IMG/VR virus record: IMGVR_UViG_3300023179_000013
Location: 64,001-128,000 of that record
DNA length: 64,000 nt
Reading direction: 5' to 3' (one strand)
Source: a virus
Below are positions 16,855-26,686 of this stretch, in pieces. Position 1 is the first letter of the stretch, and each line of letters starts with the position of its first letter. Both the position numbers and the translations under genes were made by a program. The notes under the pieces are model-generated. The model did not search any database. It was given only the letters and a program-made list of their open reading frames with translations, and had not been told where the DNA came from.

Positions 16855-19626
16855 ATGCCAAATGAATTCGTTGCCAGGAATGGCATAATTGCGCTTAATA
16901 ATTCATCAATAACAGGTTCTTTAGGTGTATCCGGTGGTATCACTGGATCTCTACTTGGTACTGCCTCATGGGCATCAAATGCCGTTACATCATCTTATGT
17001 ACTAAATGCAGTAAGTGCTTCATTTGCTAGTACAGCATCATTTGTTAATCCGCTTTTACAAAATGTATTAATAGGAACAACAACAGATGCTGGTTATAAA
17101 TTAGATGTAAATGGTACAACTAGAATACAAGGAGCAATAACATTAAATAATGGACAAGGAAATGCTCTTATACAACAGGTTGGAACTCAGGTTTATTTTC
17201 CTAATGCAAATGGAATTGCCGGTTATGGATTTTCTTCTCCAAGTAATGGAGTACAAACGTTTAAAGATAACTATGTTTTAGGAACAGCATTAACATCATC
17301 TGCAGCAAATGATGGTGTTCAAACAGGATATAGTTTTGATACACTTTATTCCTTAATATCAGGAAATAAAATAGCTAAATTTACTACGACAGGTTCGTTA
17401 AAAGCATATATAGATTATGATGGAAGTATTTGGTCTAGTGGTTCTGGTACTTTTATAAAGGGATTATCAGTAACTGGATCTTTAAATGCTCCTTCAATAA
17501 CTGGTTCACTTCAAGGAACAGCTTCATGGGCAAACAATGTAATAAGTGCTTCATTTGCTACAACAGCATCAAATGCTTTAACAGCATCTTATATATTAAG
17601 TGCTGTATCTGCTTCATTTGCCTCTACAGCATCATCCGTTAATACATTAAACCAAGCTGTAGCAATATCTGGTTCCTTCACAATAGTAACAGGCAGCGGA
17701 GTAGAATTCCAAGTAACAAACACAGGAACTAAGATCGGTAACATAGCAACCGACACTCACACCATCACAGGCTCAATGTACCAATCAGGCTCTACAGTAG
17801 CCCTCTCACTCCGCGGCTCAGGCTCAGGTGTGTTTACAGTTGATGGAACATCAGGTCGTCTCTTCTCAGTAGACGATTCACTTTCAGGTTCACTCTTCAG
17901 TGTAAACACAGCAGCAGGTTTACCTATTATAGAAGCATTCTCTGATAATACTGTTCGTATTGGACAATACGGACAAAGAGTATTATATGTTTCCCAATCT
18001 AGAGTTGGTGTTGGTAAAGAAACAGGATTAAATGGTGTATTGGATGTTAGTGGAAGTGTTACTGTAACAGGTTCACTTAATGTAAGCGGTTCAATTACAG
18101 GTTCGCTTTTAGGAACAGCATCCTTAGCAACAACAGCATCAAATGCTTTAACAGCATCTTATGTGTTGAATGCCGTAAGTGCTTCATTTGCCTCAACTGC
18201 TAGCTTCTGGAGTGGCAGCGTAACAAACGCTACTAGTGCCTCATTTGCAACCACATCATCATACGCTAATAATTTTACAGTAGCAGGTACTATAACAGCA
18301 CAAACGCTTGTAGTACAAGAAATAACATCATCAAGAGACTTTGTAACTGGTTCTACACGCTTCGGAAGTTTATTATCAAACACTCATCAGTTTACTGGTA
18401 GTGTAAGTATGACTGGTAGTTTAACAACAAACGGAAATACTATAGTATCGGGTTCTTTAACAGTAGCAACATCATCTAATCAGGGAGGTGTTCAACTTTA
18501 TAGTAATTCATCAGTGGGAGGAGGAATTAGATTTTCTCATACAAACGGTAGTGTTATAGGTAGAATAGAATTAAATGCTGGTGGTGGAACAACTGGTTTA
18601 GATTTATATGCTTATGATTATTTTAATTTTAAAACACTTAATACAGCTATAAACTTCATAACAACAACCGCAACTAACTGGTACACATATAGTGGAAATA
18701 AATTTAACTTTGTAGGATATACAGGGTTTGGTGGTGAGGTTATAATGAAAAACAACCTAGATGGTACTGAAGTTTTTCATGCATATTTAGCTGATACATA
18801 TAAAGTAGCTTTCCCAACAGGAAGTGTTAGTATAGGTAAACCAGCAGCAACTACTCCAAATGCAACATTAGATGTTAGTGGATCAGTTACCATAACAGGC
18901 TCTCTCACAGTTATCACAGGCAGTGCAATTGAACTCCAAGTTACTAATACTGGTGTTAAAATCGGTAATGCTATTACAGATACTCACACAGTAACAGGTT
19001 CTATTAATATTAGTGGTAGTGTAACTGCAACTAACTTTACAGGTTCCTTATTCGGAACTGCAAGTTGGGCAACAACAGCAACAAGAGTTATAGGTGGTAC
19101 TAAAGATTATGTTGCTGTATGGGATACTGGTGGTGTGTTAACAACAGGATCCGTTTTTAATCCTAGTGCTACTGGTAATGTTGGTATAAACAACTTATCA
19201 CCATCATATAAAGTACATATTAGTGGTAGTACTGCTATATATGGGGGTGGATTAATAGTATCAGGTACCTTAGCAACATCAGGTAGTGGTTCTCAAGGTT
19301 TAGTAGCACCACTTAAATTTACTACACCTACATTAGGATCTAGTTATACTTTAGTGTATACAGACGAAGGAAAAATAGTTGAAATGAATAATAATGCGGA
19401 TGCTCCATTAACATTAACAATCCCATTAAACTCAAGCGTTGGTTTTCCTATTGGTACAGAAATTTCTATTATACAAATAGGTTCGGGTACAACTATAATT
19501 ACAGGAAGTGCTGGCGTAACAATAAATAGTTCAGGGGGATTAAAAACTCTTCAAAATCAATATGATGTTGCCTCTATTGTAAAACGTGGTACTGATAGCT
19601 GGTATTTATTTGGTAACTTAGGTTAA
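16855..19626 (+). CDS. Second modular tail fibre protein (923 aa)
   Basis: Shares repeat and THQFTGS/TTTDAGY modules with the 2621-aa fibre; C-terminal YTLVYTDEGK...FPIGTEI...KRGTDSWYLFGNL domain of a type common in phage fibres. Confidence 0.8.
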   Translation: MPNEFVARNGIIALNNSSITGSLGVSGGITGSLLGTASWASNAVTSSYVLNAVSASFASTASFVNPLLQNVLIGTTTDAGYKLDVNGTTRIQGAITLNNGQGNALIQQVGTQVYFPNANGIAGYGFSSPSNGVQTFKDNYVLGTALTSSAANDGVQTGYSFDTLYSLISGNKIAKFTTTGSLKAYIDYDGSIWSSGSGTFIKGLSVTGSLNAPSITGSLQGTASWANNVISASFATTASNALTASYILSAVSASFASTASSVNTLNQAVAISGSFTIVTGSGVEFQVTNTGTKIGNIATDTHTITGSMYQSGSTVALSLRGSGSGVFTVDGTSGRLFSVDDSLSGSLFSVNTAAGLPIIEAFSDNTVRIGQYGQRVLYVSQSRVGVGKETGLNGVLDVSGSVTVTGSLNVSGSITGSLLGTASLATTASNALTASYVLNAVSASFASTASFWSGSVTNATSASFATTSSYANNFTVAGTITAQTLVVQEITSSRDFVTGSTRFGSLLSNTHQFTGSVSMTGSLTTNGNTIVSGSLTVATSSNQGGVQLYSNSSVGGGIRFSHTNGSVIGRIELNAGGGTTGLDLYAYDYFNFKTLNTAINFITTTATNWYTYSGNKFNFVGYTGFGGEVIMKNNLDGTEVFHAYLADTYKVAFPTGSVSIGKPAATTPNATLDVSGSVTITGSLTVITGSAIELQVTNTGVKIGNAITDTHTVTGSINISGSVTATNFTGSLFGTASWATTATRVIGGTKDYVAVWDTGGVLTTGSVFNPSATGNVGINNLSPSYKVHISGSTAIYGGGLIVSGTLATSGSGSQGLVAPLKFTTPTLGSSYTLVYTDEGKIVEMNNNADAPLTLTIPLNSSVGFPIGTEISIIQIGSGTTIITGSAGVTINSSGGLKTLQNQYDVASIVKRGTDSWYLFGNLG

Positions 19627-19635
19627 TAAAATATT

Positions 19636-20061
19636 ATGATTTTAACTAGAATGGGAGTTGTAGCTGCTTCAAAATCATCAGGAAGTGCCCCTCCAGTATA
19701 TTATACTATAGCAATTAGTGGTTCATATGATTTTGATGGAAGACCAAACAATGTTGATCTGTATTGGGATAGTGGAAGTGGATATAACTATGTAGCTACT
19801 GTTACTTCTATTAAGCAAACATGTAACGGTATTGCTACATTAACAGTATTATCTGGTAGTGCTGCTGGACTTATTAAATTTGTAGACCCAGGAAATTGTG
19901 ATGTTGCTATTAAGTATATTTTAAACGACCCAGTATGTGCTAATTATGATAGTGAGGGTTGTGAAATTGATTTAGGTACACCATCAAGTGATACTACTCA
20001 TGCTGTTGTAATAAAATTACAAAACAACGATCCATTTCCTGCAACTTTTATTTGTTGTTAA
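19636..20061 (+). CDS. Cys-containing putative fibre-tip/receptor-binding partner
   Basis: Follows the fibre; N-terminus MILTRMGVVAAS; 6 Cys; ends ICC. Confidence 0.45.
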   Translation: MILTRMGVVAASKSSGSAPPVYYTIAISGSYDFDGRPNNVDLYWDSGSGYNYVATVTSIKQTCNGIATLTVLSGSAAGLIKFVDPGNCDVAIKYILNDPVCANYDSEGCEIDLGTPSSDTTHAVVIKLQNNDPFPATFICC

Positions 20062-20113
20062 AAAACTTGGTTGTCTCCTAAATTTGGTATATATTTATAT
20101 CAAATATAAAAAC

Positions 20114-20353
20114 ATGTTAACGATTATCATTTTAGCCGCTCTTAGTGTTATTGTTGGTGTTTGGATCCTCAACAAAAACAGCAAATCCACCACAACAGAA
20201 ACCAAACCAGAAGTTCCAACTGTAGAAGAAGAACCAATTGGTTATGAAACAGGTTCATTTAGTCCAATAGTTGAAACTAAACCAAAAGTTAAAAAAACAA
20301 CCGCTGCTAAACCTAAAGCACCTAAAGCTCCTAAGAAGCCAAAAAATGCTTAA
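20114..20353 (+). CDS. Small membrane-anchored protein with a Lys/Pro-rich tail
   Basis: N-terminal hydrophobic helix; start moved to the ATG at 20114, downstream of the promoter motif. Confidence 0.65.
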   Translation: MLTIIILAALSVIVGVWILNKNSKSTTTETKPEVPTVEEEPIGYETGSFSPIVETKPKVKKTTAAKPKAPKAPKKPKNA

Positions 20354-20579
20354 GATTGTTGAAATAGCTAAAGCATGGATTGCTGCAGCTAACCCAACTC
20401 CTGAACAACAAGCTATAGCTGAATATCGTGCTGCTGTGTGTGATGAATGTCCACATAAAAATCACGTAAATGCTATTAATACTTTTGTTTGTGGAAAATG
20501 TGGTTGCCCATTAAACAAAAAAATATTTAGTCCATTACCTGGCGAACAGGCATGTCCTGATCAACGTTGGAAAAAATAA
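20346..20579 (+). CDS. Small Cys-rich, probably Zn-binding protein
   Basis: CDECPH...CGKCGC...CPDQRW; start moved to the ATG at 20346. Confidence 0.7.
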   Translation: MLKIVEIAKAWIAAANPTPEQQAIAEYRAAVCDECPHKNHVNAINTFVCGKCGCPLNKKIFSPLPGEQACPDQRWKK

Positions 20580-20593
20580 AATAAACAAATAAT

Positions 20594-20866
20594 ATGTCAG
20601 AAGTAAAACAATTAACTCCTGAAGAGTTACAACAAATTAAAGATATGCAACAACAATACAACAAGTTTGTATTTGAACTTGGTAGCGTTGAAGCACAATT
20701 GCAAAATGTTATTGCCACTAAAGAATTAATTGAAACCGAAAAATCTAATGTTTTAGAAGACATTAAAAAATTAGGTGAGCGCGAAAAAGAAATTATTAAT
20801 ACACTTCAAGCAAAATACGGCGCTGGATCAATTAACCCAGAAACGGGCGAAATTACTCCGCTTTAA
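20594..20866 (+). CDS. Coiled-coil hypothetical protein
   Basis: Heptad-rich; ends KYGAGSINPETGEI. Confidence 0.7.
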   Translation: MSEVKQLTPEELQQIKDMQQQYNKFVFELGSVEAQLQNVIATKELIETEKSNVLEDIKKLGEREKEIINTLQAKYGAGSINPETGEITPL

Positions 20867-20951
20867 TCGAGAGACTTCTGCGTTTTGTGTGTTTTTGTAA
20901 ATATTTATCGTTAGGTAATCCCTAATTATAAATTAAACAATTACAAATAAA

Positions 20952-22685
20952 ATGGCAGAAGTAATTCTTTCCCCTGGTGTATTTCAGATTGAGTCTGATC
21001 AAAGTTTATACACCCAAGCCCCACCAGCACTTGGCGCAGCTATTGTAGGACCTACAGTAAAAGGTCGCCCATTCGTACCAACGTACGTTACTACTTATAC
21101 ACAATATTTGTCACTTTTTGGTGATGTGTTTAAAAGTGGTAGCTACTATTACGAATATTTCACGTCACAAGCTGCTCGTGAATATTTCCAAAATGGTGGT
21201 CAATCATTATTAGTAACCAGAATTATTAGTGGTTCAGCTAACATTAGTACTTATGCTCAAGCTAACGTTACTTCTGGTAGTGTAACTCAACTTGTTTTAG
21301 AAACATTAGCTTGGGGTGATCAAATGAATAATACCTCTAGTTTAAGTAAAGGCGCTTTAGCTAGTGGTTCTCAATACAATGTTCGTTGGGAAGTAACTAA
21401 TGTAAACACCGGATCTAATGGTGGTACATTTACACTTATAATTCGTCGTGGTGATGATAATGATGCTCAAAAGAATATTTTAGAAACATGGGCTAACATG
21501 AGTTTAGACCCACAATTACCAAACTATGTTTCTCGTGTAATTGGTGATTTAAAACCAGTAGCTGATTTAACTAATGGATATGTAAATTTTACAGGTAGCT
21601 TTGCAAATGCTTCTCAGTATGTTCGTGTTGCTTCTGTAACTACTCCAAACGTAGACTCTATTGATAATAATGGTAATTTTAAAACCGGCTCTTTTGCTTC
21701 TACATTACCTTCAGTAGGTAGTGGTTCATTTGGTGGTTCATTTGCTGGTGGTGTAGCTGATACTACTTTTGCAAAGCAAATGAATGAAAATATAGGAAAC
21801 GGTTCCTCTCCAAGTAATACAAATAATATTCAAGGTTTTTCACCTGCTGATTACAACAATGCCTTTACTTTATTAGCAAATAAAGATGAATATCGCTATA
21901 ACATTTTAATGGCTCCTGGAATTGGATTAGATTGTTCAGCTGCTTCAACTATGATTTCAACAGTTGAAGGTCGTGGTGATGCAATTGCTATTTTAGGTGC
22001 TGGTGTTTATGGTACTTCAATAACAGCTGCTGTAACAAATGCTTCTGGCCAATCCAGCAACTACGGTGCTGCTTATTATCCTTGGGTTCAAGTATACAGC
22101 TCAGGTTTAGGAAAAGCTGTTTGGGTTCCACCTTCTACAGTAATTGGTGGTGTATTAGCATTCAACGACCAAGTAGGTGCTGAATGGTTTGCCCCAGCAG
22201 GTTTAAATCGTGGTGGTATTCCATCAGTAATTAGAGCTGAGCGTCGTTTACAACAAACAGATCGCGATACATTATATACAGGTAATGTTAACCCATTAGC
22301 TACCTTCCCTGGAACAGGTGTTGTAGTATGGGGTCAGAAAACATTACAACGCAAACCAACATCTCTCGACCGCGTAAACGTTCGTCGTTTGTTGATTGCA
22401 TTGAAAGATTATATTGGTGGTGTTGCTCGCAACTTAGTATTCGAACAAAATACAACCGTTACTCGTAACCGCTTCTTAAGCCAAGTAAACCCATATCTTG
22501 AATCAGTAGTTCAACGTCAAGGTTTATATGCTTATAAAGTAATAATGGATGATACTAATAATACTCCTGATGTAATCGACAGAAATCAGTTAGTAGGTCA
22601 GATTTATATCCAACCAACTAAGACTGCTGAGTTTATTATCTTGAACTTTAACTTAACTCCAACCGGTGCTACATTCCCTGCATAA
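20952..22685 (+). CDS. Tail sheath protein (gp18-like)
   Basis: SPGVF..E.D, YYPWV, WFAPAGLNRG, WGQKTLQ, DRVNVRRL, FEQN, IQPTKTAEFI. Confidence 0.97.
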   Translation: MAEVILSPGVFQIESDQSLYTQAPPALGAAIVGPTVKGRPFVPTYVTTYTQYLSLFGDVFKSGSYYYEYFTSQAAREYFQNGGQSLLVTRIISGSANISTYAQANVTSGSVTQLVLETLAWGDQMNNTSSLSKGALASGSQYNVRWEVTNVNTGSNGGTFTLIIRRGDDNDAQKNILETWANMSLDPQLPNYVSRVIGDLKPVADLTNGYVNFTGSFANASQYVRVASVTTPNVDSIDNNGNFKTGSFASTLPSVGSGSFGGSFAGGVADTTFAKQMNENIGNGSSPSNTNNIQGFSPADYNNAFTLLANKDEYRYNILMAPGIGLDCSAASTMISTVEGRGDAIAILGAGVYGTSITAAVTNASGQSSNYGAAYYPWVQVYSSGLGKAVWVPPSTVIGGVLAFNDQVGAEWFAPAGLNRGGIPSVIRAERRLQQTDRDTLYTGNVNPLATFPGTGVVVWGQKTLQRKPTSLDRVNVRRLLIALKDYIGGVARNLVFEQNTTVTRNRFLSQVNPYLESVVQRQGLYAYKVIMDDTNNTPDVIDRNQLVGQIYIQPTKTAEFIILNFNLTPTGATFPA

Positions 22686-22735
22686 GGGATTGTAGCTCTT
22701 AATATTTATTAACAGCAATTAAACAATAATAGAAA

Positions 22736-23221
22736 ATGCCAGTATTAAATCCTAACGAAATCATGTTTACAGCGTTTGAACCTAAAGTTTCAAATCGCTT
22801 TATCATGTATATTGATGGTATTCCAGCTTATTTGATCAAGAAAGCCGCCGCTCCAGGTTTTGAAGCTGGTGAGATTATATTAGACCACATCAACGTTTAC
22901 CGTAAAGTTAAAGGTAAAGTTAAGTGGAACGATATGACTTTAGAATTATACGATCCTGTAACCCCAAGTGGTGCTCAATCTGTAATGGAATGGGCTCGTT
23001 TGGCCCATGAATCAGTAACCGGCCGCGATGGTTATTCTGATTTTTATAAAAAAGACATCACATTAGACATTTTAGGTCCTGTAGGTGATATCGTAGGTGA
23101 GTGGATTATCAAGGGTGCTTATGTTAAAACAGCTACCTTTGGTGAGTATGATTGGTCAAATGAAGCAGCTATCAGTTTATCTGTAACAGTTGCTATGGAT
23201 TATTGCGTATTGAACTTCTAA
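22736..23221 (+). CDS. Tail tube protein (gp19-like)
   Basis: Follows the sheath gene; NRF, KWNDMTLELYD, YKKDITL, W.IKGAY. Confidence 0.9.
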   Translation: MPVLNPNEIMFTAFEPKVSNRFIMYIDGIPAYLIKKAAAPGFEAGEIILDHINVYRKVKGKVKWNDMTLELYDPVTPSGAQSVMEWARLAHESVTGRDGYSDFYKKDITLDILGPVGDIVGEWIIKGAYVKTATFGEYDWSNEAAISLSVTVAMDYCVLNF

Positions 23222-23245
23222 TTCCCCTTCATATTTCTCAACTTC

Positions 23246-23276
23246 AGGCGTCTGCTTTGGCAGACGCCTTTCTTTT
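23246..23276 (+). terminator. Rho-independent terminator
   Basis: AGGCGTCTGC-TTTG-GCAGACGCCT followed by TTCTTTT. Confidence 0.85.
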
Positions 23277-23313
23277 GCATATATTTATATACACAACAAA
23301 ATAAAATTAGTTT

Positions 23314-24072
23314 ATGGCTGAATTAAAGTTACCAACAGAAAAAGTTTCATTACCTTCTAAAGGTTTACTGTATCCTAAAGAATCACCACTTTCAAAAGGT
23401 GAAATTGAAATGAAGTATATGACGGCTAAGGAAGAAGATATTCTTACCAATAGTAACTTTATTAAAAATGGTACAGTAGTTGATAAATTGCTACAGTCGT
23501 TGATTGTTACTCCTATTAATTACGATGAATTATTGATTGGTGATAAAAATGCAATTTTAGTTGCTGCTCGTATTTTAGGATATGGTGCTGAATATTCATT
23601 TAAATATAATAATGAACGTAGACAAGAAATAGAAGCAACAGTAGATTTATCTACATTAAAAGAAAAAGAATTAGACGCTTCTTTAATTAAAAACGGTGTA
23701 AATGAATTTAGTTTTAGTTTACCTAAATCTGGTAATGTTGTTACATTTAAATTATTGACACACGGTGATGAGAAAAAAATTGAAGCCGAAATTAAAGGTT
23801 TAACTAAAGTAAATCCAAATGGTTCATTTGACGTTACAACTCGTTTAAAACACATGGTTACTTCTGTTAATGGAGATCGTGATCAAAAATCAATTCGCGA
23901 CTTTATTGATAATTTTTTATTAGCTAGTGATGCTAGAGCATTACGTGAATATTATTCTAATGTCCAACCTGATATTGAATTAAAGTTCATTCCTGAAGAT
24001 GAAAACTATACAGGGGAGGGTATAGACATTCCTATTTCTTTAAACTTTTTTTGGCCTGACGCCAGAGTATAG
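23314..24072 (+). CDS. Baseplate hub/tail assembly chaperone (gp26-like)
   Basis: LPSKG..Y, MTAKEEDIL, L..GD..AIL..ARI..YG; ends NFFWP. Confidence 0.8.
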   Translation: MAELKLPTEKVSLPSKGLLYPKESPLSKGEIEMKYMTAKEEDILTNSNFIKNGTVVDKLLQSLIVTPINYDELLIGDKNAILVAARILGYGAEYSFKYNNERRQEIEATVDLSTLKEKELDASLIKNGVNEFSFSLPKSGNVVTFKLLTHGDEKKIEAEIKGLTKVNPNGSFDVTTRLKHMVTSVNGDRDQKSIRDFIDNFLLASDARALREYYSNVQPDIELKFIPEDENYTGEGIDIPISLNFFWPDARV

Positions 24073-24325
24073 ACCTATACTATTCAAACAAATCCATGAA
24101 ATAGTATTTCATGGAAATGGTGGATATGATTGGGATACTGTATATAATATGCCATTATGGTTGCGCCGAACTACGTTTAATCTAATGAAAGAACATTATG
24201 ATAAACAAAATGAAGAGGCAGAAAAGCAACAAAACATGTTAAAAAACAAAACAGGTAGTAAAGATATAGCACGACCAAACATAGCTCCCAAACCAAACTA
24301 TATTGCAAAAGCGCCTAAAAAATAG
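24053..24325 (+). CDS. Frameshift-accessed extension (gp51-like/gpGT-like), absent from the ORF track
   Basis: Open frame GLTPEYRPILFKQIHEIVFHGNGGYDWDTVYNMPLWLRR...; it begins immediately after the T7 tract at 24046-24052. Confidence 0.7.
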   Translation, partial: GLTPEYRPILFKQIHEIVFHGNGGYDWDTVYNMPLWLRRTTFNLMKEHYDKQNEEAEKQQNMLKNKTGSKDIARPNIAPKPNYIAKAPKK

Positions 24326-24332
24326 GCGCTTT
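24308..24332 (+). terminator. Terminator-like hairpin
   Basis: AAAGCGCCTA-AAAAA-TAGGCGCTTT. Confidence 0.65.
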
Positions 24333-24360
24333 CAATATTTATATGACGTAATATCTGATT

Positions 24361-26646
24361 ATGCCATCACCTACACCAGAAGAAATACAAAGAGAACAGG
24401 AACGACTGGAACTCATACAAAAGCAAAATGCCGCTGCTAAAGAACTAGCTAGTACATACGAGAAAATGGCTAAGACTGCTGGGGGATTAAATAATGAAGA
24501 AAAAGAAATACTTGATATATCTAAAAAAATATCAAAAGCCGCTTCTGAAACTGAAAAAAGCACTAATAAACGTTTAGATAAAACTTCTAGTGTAAAAGAT
24601 CTAAATAAATCTATACAAGCATTACAATTTTCTCAACTTAAGAATGCTGATATTGCTAATAAATTAGAAAAAGCAAAAATAGATGCTATAAATGAATCTT
24701 TATCTGCTCGTGTAAGAGAAATAGATCTTAATAAAAAATTAGCAGCAGAATTAGATAAACAACAAGAAATTCAAGACCGAATTGAAGAAATAAAAAGAGC
24801 ACAAGGTCCGCTAGATAAAGCAGCATTAGCCCTCGCTAGAGAAGAAGAAAAAAGTAGTAAAGCAGTTTTAGATATCCATGAAAAGAATCTTAAAAAAACG
24901 ATTGAAACAAAAGATCAACAAAGAAATTTAGCTATACAATTAGACGATGCCGCTAAAGCCCATCAAACTATAATAAAGGAACAACAAGAAGAACTTGAAT
25001 TAACTAAAAAAGAAATAGCATTAAGACAACAGAAAAGTATACTTGATGCATTAGAAGAAAAATTTAATGTTAAGAAGATTAAAGACATGATGACTTTAGG
25101 AGGTTTATTTAAAGTCATGCTAGAATCTGCTCTTAAATTCAATGAAATATCAGTACAGATAAGTAAAAATTTAGGTTATGGTGCTAGTGAGGCAAATAGA
25201 GTAACGGATAATTTAGTAAGTGTAGCCCAAAATTCAAGCAACATAAATGTTACTTTAAAAAATGCCGGTGAGGCAATGAATGAATTGAATACTTCTACTG
25301 GATTAGTAGCAGAATATTCAGCAGATACTCTTGAAACCCAAATAATGTTAACTAAACAATTTGGGTTACAAGCAGATGAAGCAGCAGGAATATATAGACT
25401 TTCTGTTTTAAATAATAAATCTGCTTCTGACACTAACAAAGCAATGGTTGGTGCTTTTGTTGCTGCTAGAAATTCATTTAAAGTAGGAGCTAATTTTAAA
25501 CAAGTAATGGCTGAGGCAGCTAAAGTTTCTGGCCAATTAGCCGCAACTTTAGGATACAACCCAGAACGTATTACTAAAGCAGTAGTAGCAATGAAAGCAT
25601 TTGGTACTACGCTTGAACAAACTAAAGCACAGGGTGATGCACTCTTAAATTTTGAATCCTCAATTGAAAATGAACTTAAAGCTGAGTTGTTAACAGGAGA
25701 ACAAATGAACTTAGAAAGAGCTAGAGCAGCTGCTTTAGCTGGTGACCAAGTAGCATTAGCAGAAGAACTTGCTAATCAAGGAATGACACTTGAGAAATTC
25801 TCAAGTATGAATGTACTTGCCCAAAAAGCGTATGCAGAGGCTTTAGGTTTAAATGCAGATCAATTATCTGATCAATTACAAAAGCAAAAACAAGCTGAAG
25901 AAAGTGGAAAAACATTAGCACAAATAACAGAAGAAGAAGCATTAGAAGCACAAAAAAGACAAACAATACAAGAAAAATTTAATGGTGCTATTGAAAAATT
26001 ACAAGATTTCTTTGGTAATTTAGTAGCAGGTCCTCTTGGTAAGTTTTTAGACATATTAAGTACAGCTATGGGGTATATAACTTCAATAGGTGCTGGATTA
26101 GCTGTTTGGTATACTACTTCTAAATTAATAGCCGGTTCTCAAGCCTTGATTGCTTGGTATTCTCAACAAAAATTAATTGCTGATCGATTAGGAGTTGGAG
26201 TAGGTAATGTAGTAATTGCCCAATTAGGTAGAATGTTAGGTATATCAACAGCAAAAGCAGTTGCTGAAACTACAGCGGCAACCGCTTTATCTTTTGGTAC
26301 TTTACTTCCAATCATATTAGGAGCAGGTGCTGCTATATATGGTTTAATATCATCCTTTAAAGGAGATGACATAATGTCTGAGGGTGGCTATGGTAAACGC
26401 ACATTACTTGCACCAGAAGGAGCTATCAAATTAAATGATAAAGACACAGTAGTAGCAGGTACTAATTTAGGTGGAGGTGGTGGCGGTGAAGCTATTTCTC
26501 CTTCAATTGATTTAACACCAATGATCGCTGCTATTAATTCTGTTAAAGCCTCTATTGATAGGTTATATGAAAAAGACACATCAGTTAACATGGATGGTAA
26601 AAAAGTTGGTTCAACACTAACACAAGGTTCATATAAAGTAGCATAA
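24361..26646 (+). CDS. Tape measure protein
   Basis: Long helical Ala/Glu/Lys-rich protein after tube and chaperone; LLNFESSIENELKAELLTG; C-terminal VNMDGKKVG. Confidence 0.85.
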   Translation: MPSPTPEEIQREQERLELIQKQNAAAKELASTYEKMAKTAGGLNNEEKEILDISKKISKAASETEKSTNKRLDKTSSVKDLNKSIQALQFSQLKNADIANKLEKAKIDAINESLSARVREIDLNKKLAAELDKQQEIQDRIEEIKRAQGPLDKAALALAREEEKSSKAVLDIHEKNLKKTIETKDQQRNLAIQLDDAAKAHQTIIKEQQEELELTKKEIALRQQKSILDALEEKFNVKKIKDMMTLGGLFKVMLESALKFNEISVQISKNLGYGASEANRVTDNLVSVAQNSSNINVTLKNAGEAMNELNTSTGLVAEYSADTLETQIMLTKQFGLQADEAAGIYRLSVLNNKSASDTNKAMVGAFVAARNSFKVGANFKQVMAEAAKVSGQLAATLGYNPERITKAVVAMKAFGTTLEQTKAQGDALLNFESSIENELKAELLTGEQMNLERARAAALAGDQVALAEELANQGMTLEKFSSMNVLAQKAYAEALGLNADQLSDQLQKQKQAEESGKTLAQITEEEALEAQKRQTIQEKFNGAIEKLQDFFGNLVAGPLGKFLDILSTAMGYITSIGAGLAVWYTTSKLIAGSQALIAWYSQQKLIADRLGVGVGNVVIAQLGRMLGISTAKAVAETTAATALSFGTLLPIILGAGAAIYGLISSFKGDDIMSEGGYGKRTLLAPEGAIKLNDKDTVVAGTNLGGGGGGEAISPSIDLTPMIAAINSVKASIDRLYEKDTSVNMDGKKVGSTLTQGSYKVA

Positions 26647-26686
26647 CTTTTTAATATTTATATCAAACCACTAAAATAATATAATC

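Noticed and set aside
6123-19626. Repeats in the fibre genes as a CRISPR array or a diversity-generating retroelement
   Set aside because: The repeats are in-frame coding units that vary at synonymous sites, with no repeat-spacer structure. No reverse transcriptase or adenine-specific TR/VR pair was seen in the window.
20915-22692. Possible long-range pairing around the sheath gene (GTAATCCCTAAT vs ATAAGGGATTGT)
   Set aside because: The match is short and imperfect, and each arm is already explained by a local hairpin.
24013-24020. GGGGAGGG as a Shine-Dalgarno-like frameshift stimulator
   Set aside because: It lies about 25 nt from the slippery tract, other genes here lack SD sites, and it is explained by its codons (Gly-Glu-Gly).
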